A DNA stretch of 41,106 bases from assembly GCA_005888925.1 (NCBI GenBank), contig VBCP01000068.1, positions 1-41,106 on the forward strand. The letters are read 5' to 3'. The DNA is from Betaproteobacteria bacterium. Its GTDB lineage: Bacteria > Pseudomonadota > Gammaproteobacteria > Burkholderiales > SG8-39. Both the position numbers and the translations under genes were made by a program. A model generated the notes under the pieces. That model was given only the letters and a program-made list of their open reading frames with translations. It had not been told where the DNA came from and made no database searches. Below are positions 8,709 through 17,900 of the stretch, one piece after another; the stretch's first letter is position 1, and every line of letters begins with the position of its first letter.

Positions 8709-9118
8709 GTGATGGCGCCGGTCCAGCGGACCCAGAGCGCGATCAGCGCCACATTGCTCGCCGCGTACGCGATGAGTCGATGGAACACCTTGGTGTATGT
8801 GAGATGAATCAAGCTGTGCAACGCGCGAAGCGCGACATAGGCCCAGGCGAGATATAGCGCACGCGCATCGACGGTCGCCGTCACGTAGAACCCGAGACAG
8901 ACCACGTAGAACAGGACCGGCAGCTCGAGCAGGTTCATCAGGTTGCGGTTAGGGAGGCTCACTTCGCCTGGCACGTGCGCCGATTCGCCATAGCGGAAAT
9001 CGCGCGACGTCACCTGCCCACGCGCGGCTGCCCTGAAGCGCGCGGCGGGGATGAGGAGCAGCACGACGAATGTCAGGCCCGCGAGCGCGACCATCGGGTA
9101 AAGGATCGCGGCTTTCAC
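8705..9118 (-). CDS. MAPEG-family small membrane protein (possible membrane glutathione transferase/isomerase)
   Basis: About 137 aa with 4 hydrophobic helices: VKAAILYPMVALAGLTFVVLLLIP...NRNLMNLLELPVLFYVV...HSLIHLTY. GTG 9118 overlaps the upstream TGA (GTGA); ATG 9094 is an alternative. The longer track ORF (to 9346) is out of frame with, and overlaps, the DUF2848 gene. Confidence 0.6.
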   Translation of the reverse strand: MKAAILYPMVALAGLTFVVLLLIPAARFRAAARGQVTSRDFRYGESAHVPGEVSLPNRNLMNLLELPVLFYVVCLGFYVTATVDARALYLAWAYVALRALHSLIHLTYTKVFHRLIAYAASNVALIALWVRWTGAIT

Positions 9119-9735
9119 CCTTCGACCGGCAGGACCGTGATGCGGTATTCGTGCGAAAGCTTGCGCTTGCGCACCGGATCTTCGAGCTCCATGCGGAATA
9201 CCTTGCCCGGGCGGATACCACCTTTTGCGGCGAGCGTGCCGCAGAACATCGCCCAGCCCGGCTTCAGCGGATGGCGGCCCATGAGATCTTCCGGCGAGCG
9301 CATCGCGGTGACCGGGCCTTCCTGGTAGAGCTCGCCGTCGGACCACGAGCGCAGCACGAGCTTCTCCCAGTGCGCCTTGACGTCGTCATAGCGCCAGGCC
9401 TCGCTGTACATGGGCTTCGCGCAGAGCTGCTTGGAGAGCGATACGCCGATGGTCTCGGCCTTGCGGTCGGTGTGATCCGATCCCACCGTGACCCAGAGGC
9501 CGTCGGGCTTTGCGAGCAGCACGAACTCGACTTCGCCGCTCGTGTCCGGGCCGGAGACCTGAATCTCGGCAGCCGTGGTGAGCAGGTTGGCCGAGACCCG
9601 GTAGAAGATCGGTGTCGTCTTCGGCGGCTTGACGCCGATCTCCTCGAGCTCCCGGATGTGCTTCCTGAGCGCGGCTTCATCGCGGCCGGTCCAGCCGGCG
9701 ATGACCAGCTCGTGAAACTCGCCGATGGCTTGCAT
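9115..9735 (-). CDS. DUF2848-family protein (unknown function)
   Basis: 206 aa: MQAIGEFHELVIAGWTGRDEAALRKHIRELEEIGVKPP...GEVEFVLL...VGSDHTDRKAE. This matches my memory of the DUF2848 signature. ATG 9735 shares one nt with the upstream TAA (TAATG). Confidence 0.65.
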   Translation of the reverse strand: MQAIGEFHELVIAGWTGRDEAALRKHIRELEEIGVKPPKTTPIFYRVSANLLTTAAEIQVSGPDTSGEVEFVLLAKPDGLWVTVGSDHTDRKAETIGVSLSKQLCAKPMYSEAWRYDDVKAHWEKLVLRSWSDGELYQEGPVTAMRSPEDLMGRHPLKPGWAMFCGTLAAKGGIRPGKVFRMELEDPVRKRKLSHEYRITVLPVEG

Positions 9736-11192
9736 TAGGCGACTTTGCGCTTCGCCGCCGGCGACGGGATGTCGTAGCTCGCCATGAGGTCGTCGACCAC
9801 GCGGTGGAACTCCGTCCACGGCGCTTCGCGGAAGCTGTGGTTGCGCACGATGAAGGACGCGCCGGCGTAGAACTTCTCGTACTGCAGGTGCCGGCCGGCG
9901 AACTCGGAGCCGATGAGATCCCAGACGAGCTTGTAGAGCTTCATGCGTTCGAGGGCCCCGAGCTGAGGCGTCTGCCAGTATTTTTCGAACAGCTCGCGCA
10001 GGTGACCGTCGTGCATCACCGAGACGTCCGCCGGCATCTGGAACACGCCGCCGCCGACCAGCTCGCGCAGCGCGTCGATGATCGACGAATGGCTCTCGGT
10101 GCACCAGTTGAGCGCCGCGTACATATAGCGCCGGTTGAACGTCATCCCGCCCTCGGGCCAGTCCTCGGCATCCTGGATCTGCCCGGCGATCATGCCGCCG
10201 AGCGCCGCCTCCAGCGCGGCGAAGCGGCCGAGCACCTCGCGTACCGCGGGCACTTCGTTGGCGCCGGAGGCCTGCGCGATCTTGCTCGCGAGACCCACGA
10301 TCAGCTTCAGCTTCTCGTGGAAGCGCACGTTCGACTGATGGTTGCCGTAGCAGTGCCCCGGCGTCTTGATGTAGATCTCGCGCGCGAGGATCGCGTCCAT
10401 ATGCACGAACACGCGCTCCCAGGGCACTTTCACGTTCTCGCACATCACCATCGAGTCGGTCTCGTCGAAGCGCCAGGTGAGCGGGTTCTCGAACTCGCAG
10501 CTCGCGTAGCGCTCGAAGGGCTTCCTCGACCAGAGCGTCACGCCCGGGGTGTTGACCGCGATCGCGCAGGTCACGGATTCGGCGAGCTGCGTCGGCGCGA
10601 GCGGCAGCAGATTGCCGATCCAGATCTCGTTCGCGAACACCGCGCCGGTGGCGAGCATCTTCATGCCGCTGATCACGAGGCCGTCGTCATCCTCGCGCAC
10701 CACGCGCAGCGAGGGCACCGGAAGGTTCTGCTTCTGGTAGAACTCGGGGTTGCGCGCCGCCTGCGGCGGCAGCACCGCATACACGCCGTAGACGTCCTCC
10801 TTGCGCATGTGCTCGTAGTAGCGCAGGAGGTTGCCGGCGTACTGGCCGAACACCGGCGCATTCATCGCCATGCCGGTGACGAAGCTCGAGACGTGGTCGG
10901 GCGAGCGCCCGAGCAGGCCATGGCTCATCGCCGCGATCGCCCGATGAAGATGGGTGCGCTTGGCCAGATCGTCCTTTGTCTTGGCGCGCAGGAAATAGGC
11001 GCTGTAGCGCTCCTTGCCCTCGGCGAAGCTGAACGCCGGATCGGCGCGCTTCAGGTCGTAGATCGCCGCCATCGAGCGCGCGGCGTTGCGAAAGCCCGGA
11101 TGCGTGGTGACGTCGTCGACGCGCTCCGAGCCGATGTAGACGACCCGGCCGTCCTTCAGCGATTCGAGGTGCTCAGCGCCGCTCTTTAGCAT
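9735..11192 (-). CDS. HpaB-family (4-hydroxyphenylacetate 3-monooxygenase oxygenase-component-like) two-component flavin-dependent aromatic hydroxylase
   Basis: 485 aa from ATG 11192 (MLKSGAEHLESLKDGRVVYIGSERVDDVTTHPGFRNAARSMAAIYDL), the typical HpaB/PheA1/TftD N-terminus. GGAAGGAGG lies upstream. The track ORF start at 11339 is an out-of-frame run through the cupin gene. Confidence 0.85.
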   Translation of the reverse strand: MLKSGAEHLESLKDGRVVYIGSERVDDVTTHPGFRNAARSMAAIYDLKRADPAFSFAEGKERYSAYFLRAKTKDDLAKRTHLHRAIAAMSHGLLGRSPDHVSSFVTGMAMNAPVFGQYAGNLLRYYEHMRKEDVYGVYAVLPPQAARNPEFYQKQNLPVPSLRVVREDDDGLVISGMKMLATGAVFANEIWIGNLLPLAPTQLAESVTCAIAVNTPGVTLWSRKPFERYASCEFENPLTWRFDETDSMVMCENVKVPWERVFVHMDAILAREIYIKTPGHCYGNHQSNVRFHEKLKLIVGLASKIAQASGANEVPAVREVLGRFAALEAALGGMIAGQIQDAEDWPEGGMTFNRRYMYAALNWCTESHSSIIDALRELVGGGVFQMPADVSVMHDGHLRELFEKYWQTPQLGALERMKLYKLVWDLIGSEFAGRHLQYEKFYAGASFIVRNHSFREAPWTEFHRVVDDLMASYDIPSPAAKRKVA

Positions 11193-11583
11193 GGCCTGCC
11201 TCCTTCCCGGAGGTCTCGTAATAGTGGATTTCGTGCAGGATGCACCCCCCCTTCGACGTGAAGGGGCCATGGTGCACGCCCGGCGGGCGGCAGGCGTAGG
11301 TCGGCGCGAAGCACTGCTCGCCGCCGCGTCCCTGCGCATCGTTGCCGACGATCAGGTCGCCGAGCACTACGTACACCTCCTCCCAATGATCGTGCACGAA
11401 GGGCTCGGTGGAAAACGCGCCCGGCTCGATCTTCAAGAGGCGCGTGCGGCTGCCTTTCTTCGCCGTCTCGTCGAGGTCCGATGCCAGGATCTTCTGGTAG
11501 AAGCCCGGCGGATAGCCCGGCGGGCGCTCCCAGCCAGTGTTGAGATCGACTCTTACGAACTCGAGATGCTGCTTGGGCTTCAT
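11173..11583 (-). CDS. small monocupin protein
   Basis: 136 aa with a cupin-type His/Glu cluster (FVHDHWEEVYVVLGDL...PPGVHHGPF). ATG 11583 shares one nt with the EthD TGA. The 3' end overlaps the hpaB-like start by 20 nt. Confidence 0.65.
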   Translation of the reverse strand: MKPKQHLEFVRVDLNTGWERPPGYPPGFYQKILASDLDETAKKGSRTRLLKIEPGAFSTEPFVHDHWEEVYVVLGDLIVGNDAQGRGGEQCFAPTYACRPPGVHHGPFTSKGGCILHEIHYYETSGKEAGHAKERR

Positions 11584-11951
11584 CAGGCACCCTCCTCGTT
11601 GCCGTCGATCCAGGGCGCGCGGAAAACCTCCTCCTGCGCCATCGCCTGGTGAACGACGCTTCCTTCATAGAGCGGAAACTGCTTGAAATCCTCGCGCGCC
11701 GCGGCGCGTGCCGGCGACGCGAACGCGGCTTCCATGGACTCGAGCGATTCGAACTCGAGCTGCGCGAGCAGCACCGTCTTGCCGCGGTTCACCGCAAACG
11801 GGTCGTGCCAGTCGAGGGCGGTGTGCAGCACGACGCGCCGCATGCCGGGCCAGCGCGCGAGCAGCGGCACATGCAGCTCGCGGTAGCGCTCGACGAAACT
11901 CTCGGCGTCGACACCCGTGACGTCGTAGCGCACGAAGTAAGAAACGCTCAT
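11583..11951 (-). CDS. EthD-domain (dimeric alpha/beta-barrel) protein
   Basis: 122 aa from ATG 11951: MSVSYFVRYDVTGVDAESFVERYRELHVPLLARWPGMRRVVLH...LLAQLEFESLESMEAAFASPA. This is an EthD/TIGR02118-like pattern. ATGA overlap with the MarR stop. Confidence 0.65.
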   Translation of the reverse strand: MSVSYFVRYDVTGVDAESFVERYRELHVPLLARWPGMRRVVLHTALDWHDPFAVNRGKTVLLAQLEFESLESMEAAFASPARAAAREDFKQFPLYEGSVVHQAMAQEEVFRAPWIDGNEEGA

Positions 11952-12511
11952 GCCGCCTTCGTGTCGTGCAGCATGAACTGCAGCATCGCCACCGCGCGGT
12001 CGCCGGAGGCCACCAGATCGCGTGCGAGCAGCCGCAGCTGGCGGAAGCGCCGCGCGTCGAGACGCTCGAACAGCACATCGTTCACGCGGCGCTGGAACGG
12101 CGCGAGGCGCTCGAGCAGCTCGCGGCTCTTGAGGTTCGCCCTGAGGAGCACCCGGCGCCCGTCGGCCGGGTCGGCGACCTTCTCGAGGATGCCGCTCGCC
12201 ACGAGCTTGTTGGCCTCGATGGTGATGAAGGCGCCCGAGCGATGCAGCCGCCCCGCCACTTCGCCGACCGCCAGCAGTCCTTCGGCACGCGAGACCAGCA
12301 TCAGGATCTCGTACTGCGCCCCCGAGATGCCGACGATCGCCGCAAACGCATCGCGACAGGTATCCAGGCGATGCCCGTAGGCGATCAGGTCGTGGATCAG
12401 CCCGCGGAACTCGGCGTCGGAGCCTTCGACCAGCAGCGCCGCTCGCGAGACGGTGACCGGAGGTACCGCGTTGAATACGGGAGCGGGTTTGCGGCGGCGG
12501 GGCCGGGCCAT
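11948..12511 (-). CDS. MarR-family transcriptional regulator
   Basis: 187 aa with a winged-HTH core: ISGAQYEILMLVSRAEGLLAVGEVAGRLHRSGAFITIEANKLVASGILEKVADPADGRRVLL. First gene of the six-gene overlapped operon. Confidence 0.85.
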   Translation of the reverse strand: MARPRRRKPAPVFNAVPPVTVSRAALLVEGSDAEFRGLIHDLIAYGHRLDTCRDAFAAIVGISGAQYEILMLVSRAEGLLAVGEVAGRLHRSGAFITIEANKLVASGILEKVADPADGRRVLLRANLKSRELLERLAPFQRRVNDVLFERLDARRFRQLRLLARDLVASGDRAVAMLQFMLHDTKAA

Positions 12512-12570
12512 TGACCGCAGGATTCTGGACCCGCAGAATTAGCTTTGTCAATTAGCTTTCTCATCAAAGC
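12512..12570. promoter_or_regulatory. 59-bp divergent control region between the MarR operon and the FAD-monooxygenase operon
   Basis: This is the only non-coding DNA of the locus. It contains CCGCAGGATT / CCGCAGAATT (12515-12524 / 12531-12540) and a tandem AATTAGCTTT x2. TTGACA lies on the minus strand at 12546-12551, with CAGAAT 18 nt downstream on that strand, ending about 10 nt before the marR ATG. Promoter assignment is tentative. Confidence 0.4.
12537..12559. repeat. tandem direct repeat AATTAGCTTT (2 copies, 13-bp register); candidate MarR operator
   Basis: Read directly: gAATTAGCTTTgtcAATTAGCTTTctc. Confidence 0.5.
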
Positions 12571-13728
12571 ATGAGCGTCTTGATTGCCGGCGCGGGCCCG
12601 GTGGGGCTCGCCGCGGCCAACGTGCTCGCCGATGCCGGCATCGCGGTGAGCGTGCTCGAGGCCGAGCCGCGGCTGCCCGAGAACCTGCGCGCCTCGACCT
12701 TCCAGCCGCCGACGCTCGACCTCCTGGCGCGCTTCGGCGCCAGCGCTCGGCTGATCGAGATGGGGCGCGTCGCGCGCAAGGTGCAATACCGCGACCGCGC
12801 CGGCTGGATCGCCGAGCTCGACTTCGGCGTGCTGCAGGCGGACACGCAGCATCCCTACCGCGTGCAATGCGAGCAGTACCGGCTCAATCAGGTGCTCGCC
12901 GCACGGCTGAAGGCGTTGCGGTTCGGCGCCGAGGTCACGGCGCTCGACCAGGATGCCGATGGCGTCACGGTGACGATCAACGGCGGCGAAAAGCTGCGCG
13001 GCGACTGGCTGATCGGCGCCGACGGCGGCCGCAGCCGGGTGCGCGAGACGCTCGGCATCCCGCTCGAAGGCTTCACCTGGCCGGAGCGCTTCCTCGTGGC
13101 GAGCACGCCGTTCGATTTCGCGCAGGCGATCCCGCGGCTCGCCGAGGTCAGCTACTTCGCCGACCCGCAGGAATGGTTTTTCCTGCTGCGGGTGCGCGAC
13201 GTCTGGCGCGCGATGTTCCCCGCGAGGGCGGAGGAAACCGAAGCCGACATTCTTTCGGACGCGTCCATCGAGCGGCGGCTACAGCGCGTGCACGCCAAAT
13301 CCGGCCGCTACGAGATCGCGCACCGCACCCTCTACTCGGTGCATCAGCGCGTCGCGCAGAGCTATCGCCGGGGGCGCGTGTTCCTGGCGGGCGACGTGGC
13401 GCATCTCAACAATCCGCTCGGCGGCATGGGGATGAACGGCGGCATCCATGATGCCTTCAACCTGGCGGAAAAGCTCGCCGGCGTGATCCGCGGCGAAAAA
13501 CCGCCCGAGGAGCTTGAGCGCTACGAGCGCCAGCGCCGGCCGGTCGCGCTCGAGTACGTGAACACCATTACCATCGCCAACAAGCGCCACCTCGAGATGC
13601 GCGACGCCGAGGAGCAGCGGCGCTGGCGCGCCGAGCTCTCGCGCGCGATGGCCGACCGCACGGCCGAGCGCGAGTACATGCTCAAGCTCTCGATGATTGC
13701 CAGCCTGAGGAAATACGCATGCGCATGA
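12571..13728 (+). CDS. FAD-dependent (class A flavoprotein) aromatic monooxygenase
   Basis: 385 aa with the N-terminal dinucleotide fold MSVLIAGAGPVGLAAANVLADAGIAVSVLE, then DGGRSRVR and GDVAHLNNPLGGMGMNGGIHDAFNL motifs. Confidence 0.85.
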   Translation: MSVLIAGAGPVGLAAANVLADAGIAVSVLEAEPRLPENLRASTFQPPTLDLLARFGASARLIEMGRVARKVQYRDRAGWIAELDFGVLQADTQHPYRVQCEQYRLNQVLAARLKALRFGAEVTALDQDADGVTVTINGGEKLRGDWLIGADGGRSRVRETLGIPLEGFTWPERFLVASTPFDFAQAIPRLAEVSYFADPQEWFFLLRVRDVWRAMFPARAEETEADILSDASIERRLQRVHAKSGRYEIAHRTLYSVHQRVAQSYRRGRVFLAGDVAHLNNPLGGMGMNGGIHDAFNLAEKLAGVIRGEKPPEELERYERQRRPVALEYVNTITIANKRHLEMRDAEEQRRWRAELSRAMADRTAEREYMLKLSMIASLRKYACA

Positions 13729-14678
13729 CGAATATTCTTCTGGCGATGGCGCTGATCCCGCTGGTCGCGGGAGCACAAACGTTCCCATCGCGGCAGATCA
13801 CCATCGTCGTGCCCTACTCTCCGGGCAGCACCTCGGATCTGCTGCCGCGGGCGATCGCGCCGCTGATGTCGCAAGCGCTCGGCGTGCCCCTCATCGTCGA
13901 GAACGGCCCGGGCGCGGGCGGTAATGTCGGCGCCGCGATGGTCGCCAAAGCCGAAGCGAGCGGGCACACGGTGCTGATGGCGCCCTCGGCGATCCTCGCG
14001 ACCAACCAGTGGCTCTACAAGGATCTGCCGTACGACCCGCACAAGGACTTCACGCCGGTGATCAATGCCGCGACCACGCCCAACCTTTGGGTCGCCTATC
14101 CGGGCCTGCCGGTCAAAACGATGAGCGACGTCATCACGCTCGCAAAGGCGAAGCCCGGCTCGCTCAGCTTCGCCTCCGGCGGCGCCGGCACCACCAGCCA
14201 TCTCTGCGGCGAGCTGCTGAAAACCACCGCGCAGGTCGATCTCGTGCACGTGCCCTATAAGGGCCCGGCGCCGGCGGCGCAGGATCTCCTGGCGGGCCGC
14301 GTGCCGCTCATGTGCGACAACTTCTCCAACGTCATCTCGCACGTGCGCGCCGGCAGGCTGCGCGCGATCGCGCTCACCGCCATGAAGCGGCATCCGCAGG
14401 CGCCGGACGTGCCCACCGCGGATGAGTCGGGGCTTCCAGGGTTTGAGGTGAACGTCTGGTACGGCTTCGCCGTGCCGGCGGCGACGCCGAAACCGGCGGT
14501 GCAGAAGCTGAATGCCGAGATCGGCCGGGCGCTGCGCAATCCCTCAGTCGCCGAGCGCCTGGACGGCCTCGGCCTTGCCATCGTCGCCGATACGCCGGAG
14601 GAATTCGCCCGCTTCGTCGCGGCCGAGTCGGAGAAGATGCGCCGCCTGGTGCAGGCGTCGGGCGCGCGGGTCGATTAA
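13719..14678 (+). CDS. TctC/Bug-family periplasmic substrate-binding protein
   Basis: 319 aa with a signal peptide then AQTFPSRQITIVVPYSPGSTSD...HVPYKG. ATG 13725 (ATGA overlap with the upstream stop) is an alternative start. Confidence 0.9.
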   Translation: MRMTNILLAMALIPLVAGAQTFPSRQITIVVPYSPGSTSDLLPRAIAPLMSQALGVPLIVENGPGAGGNVGAAMVAKAEASGHTVLMAPSAILATNQWLYKDLPYDPHKDFTPVINAATTPNLWVAYPGLPVKTMSDVITLAKAKPGSLSFASGGAGTTSHLCGELLKTTAQVDLVHVPYKGPAPAAQDLLAGRVPLMCDNFSNVISHVRAGRLRAIALTAMKRHPQAPDVPTADESGLPGFEVNVWYGFAVPAATPKPAVQKLNAEIGRALRNPSVAERLDGLGLAIVADTPEEFARFVAAESEKMRRLVQASGARVD

Positions 14679-14681
14679 TTC

Positions 14682-14933
14682 ATGGCGCTGAGCCGTGCCC
14701 AGCTAAGCAAGGCCGTCGCGCACATGGAAGCCGGCGATTGGCACGCGGCGCATGAGATCGTTCAGCGCGATGAAGACTCGCCGCTCGCGTGCTGGGCGCA
14801 CGGCATTGTCCACATCATGGAGGGCGACCTGCCTAACGCGCGCTACTGGTACGCCCAGGCGAAGCGTGCGTTTCCATCGAAGCCCACGGCGGCTGGCGAG
14901 ATCCGCGCGCTAAAAACTGAATTAAGTACCTGA
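14682..14933 (+). CDS. small conserved-looking hypothetical protein (83 aa)
   Basis: ATG lies 3 nt after the TctC stop. Sequence is non-repetitive with normal composition (GDWHAAHEIVQ...CWAHGIVHIMEGDLPNARYWYAQAKR), unlike the spurious R/A-rich ORFs. No family recognised with certainty. Confidence 0.45.
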   Translation: MALSRAQLSKAVAHMEAGDWHAAHEIVQRDEDSPLACWAHGIVHIMEGDLPNARYWYAQAKRAFPSKPTAAGEIRALKTELST

Positions 14934-17900
14934 CCCCGATTTCCTGGAGCGCGGGCGCGCGCCGAGGCGGCGGCGGGTCGTGCCGGCGGCGGCGCCGAGG
15001 CGCGCGGCGATCAGCGCGCTGAATTCCTCGGCTGGCATCGGCCGCGCGAAGAGGAAGCCCTGGGCCTGCTCGCAGCCGAGCGTGCGCAGGAACGCGGCCT
15101 GCGAGTCGAGCTCGACGCCTTCGGCGATCACGGTGAAGCCAAGGGTGTGCGCCATGTCGACGATGGTGCGCACGATGGTGGCGTCGGCCTCGTCGTCGAG
15201 CACGTCGGCGACGAACGAACGGTCGATCTTGAGCGAAGCGAGCGGGAAGCGCGTGAGGTAGGCCAGGCTCGAGTAGCCGGTGCCGAAGTCGTCGATGGCG
15301 ATGCGCACGCCCGCGGCGCCGAGCGCACGCAGCACCTGGATCGCGTGATCCGGATCGTGCATCAGCTGGCTCTCGGTGATCTCGAGCTCGATCAGCGAGG
15401 GGTCGATGCCAGCCGCCGAGACGATGGCGCGGATGCGCTCCTCGAGGTCGTGCTGCCGGAACTGGCGCGCCGAGAGGTTGACCGCCACCGGCATCGCCGG
15501 TGCGCCCAGGCGCTGCCAGCTCTTCAGGTCCTCGCAGGCGCGCTTCAGCACCCATTCGCCCACGGGCACGATGAGCCCGGTCTCCTCGAGCACCGGGATG
15601 AATTCGACCGGCGCGACGCGCCCGCGCTCGGGATGGTTCCAGCGCAGCAGCGCCTCCGCGCCGCAGGGCAAGCCGTTCGTGAGATCGATCTTCGGTTGGT
15701 AATGAAGGCTGAACTCGCGCCGCTCGAGCGCGCGGCGCAGCTCGAGACCCATCTGCGCGCGCGCGCGGGTGCGCTGGTTGATGTCGGCGGTGAAGAACTG
15801 GAAGGCGTTGCGCCCGGACTGTTTGGCGCGGTACATCGCGGCGTCGGCCGCGCCGAGCAGCGTCTCGGCGTTGTCGCCGTCGGCGGGGAAGGTGGCGATG
15901 CCGATGCTCGCCGTGACCACGACTTCCTGGCCCTGGATGATCGCCGGCGCGGCGAGGCGGTCGATGATCTTCTGCGCCACGAGCGCGGCATCGTCCGGGC
16001 GCGCCAGGTCGCCGAGGATGACGGCGAACTCGTCGCCGCTGATGCGCGCCACCGTGTCGCCGTCGCGCAGCGCCGACTGCAGGCGCTTCGCCGCCTCCTG
16101 CAGGAGCTCGTCGCCCGCGGCATGGCCCTGGGTGTCGTTCACCAGCTTGAAGTCATCGAGGTCGATGAAGAGGACCCCGAGCGACACGCCGCGCCGGCGC
16201 GCCTGCACGATCATCAGCGAGAAGCGGTCCGAGAGCAGCGTGCGGTTGGGCAGCCCGGTGAGTGGGTCGAACTGCGCGAGGTAGGCGAGCCGCGCCTCGC
16301 TGTCCAGGCGATGCAGCGCCGCCGACACCATGCTCGCGGCGGCCGTCAAGAAGCGCGTTTCCTCGGGGCCGAAGGAGCCGGGCGCCTCGGCAACGGCGCA
16401 CACCACCCCGCGCGGACCGCCGTCGGCCGGCACCGGCACGGCAGCGAGCGCGCCGTAGCGGCGCAGCCATTCGAAGGGCAGCGGCAGTCCCTCCTTCCAG
16501 GGACCGTTGAGCACCACGGGCTCGGAGGCTTCCAGGAGCGGCGCGAGCGGGCTGTCGGCGTCGATGCGCGCCACCGCCGAGTCGGTCGAGGTCGAAGCAA
16601 GGCCGGCGACGCGGCGCAGCACCACTTCGCGCTCGCCGCTGCCGCGCTCGAGATAGGCGACGGCGCCGCCGCCGAGGCCCTCGAGCACGCTCTGCACCGC
16701 CTTCGCGACCAGCTCGGCCGGGTTGCGCTTGGAGAGCGCTGCCTGACCGAGGCGCGAGATCTTCTTCTGGTAGCGCGCCTGCGCGGCGCGGCGCTTCTCC
16801 GCGCTCATGCGCTCGGAGAGGTCGCGCGAATTCACCACCAGCACGCGGCCCTGCGGCGTGTCGAGCAGGCTCCTGCGGCTCTCCACCGGGAAGGTGCTGC
16901 CGTCCTTGCGCCGGTACTCGGTAATGACCGTGTTGGTCCGCCCGGCGACGCCAAGGAGCTCCGCGGTCTCGGTGCGCAGCGTGCCGGTCGACGCGTCGGG
17001 CCGGATGTCCCTCGCGCGGAGCTTCAGCAGCTGCGGCCGCGTGTAGCCGAGCTGCTTGCAGGCCGTCTCGTTGAAATCGAGCAGCCCCCCTGCGTTGAGG
17101 TCGAAGAGGAACACCATGTCGGCCGAGGAGTCGAGCGCCGTGCGAAAGCGCTGCAGCGCGGCCTCCTTCTCCTTCCTCTCGGTGATGTCCTCGATGATCG
17201 CGATCTCGTGCTGCGGCTCGCCGTGCGTGTTGCGCGCGAGCGCGACCGTGAGATTGACCCACACCACGGTGCCGTCCTTGCGCAAGTAGCGCTTCTCGAA
17301 CTGCACCGAGGCGAGGTCGCCCGAGCGCATGCGCGCGCGCTCATCATCGGTCTTGTCCCGGTCGTCGGGATGCGAGATGTCCTTGACCGAGCGGCCGATC
17401 AGCTCCGCCTCGGCGTAGCCGAGCATCTCGCAGAGCTTGCGGTTGACGTCGGTGAAGTGCCCCGCGAGGTCGACGTGCGCGATGCCGGAGGCGGCGAGCT
17501 CGAAGGTCTGCCGGAAGCGCGCCTCGCTCTCGGCAAGCGCGGCCTCGGCATGCTTGCGGGAGAGGAACTGGCCGATCTGCGCGCCGACCAGCAGCATGGT
17601 GCGCATCAGCCGCTCGTCGGGCTGCCGCACGATGCTGCTCGAGATGGAAAGCACGCCGACGACGCGGCCTTCGAAGGTCACCGGGAAGACGAGAGCGCCG
17701 TGCACCCCCGCCTCGCGCACGCGTGCGACCGGTGCCGAGCGCGCGTCGCGGCTCACGTCGGAACTCCACACCGGCGCGCCGCTCGCCCAGACGTGGCCGA
17801 TCAGCCCCTGGCCCGGCGGGATGCCGGCGCCGCGCGAGCTCTCGGCGAATTTCGCGAGCGGCCCGACGCCGCTCGACCAGATTTCCTCGCAGCGCATGAC

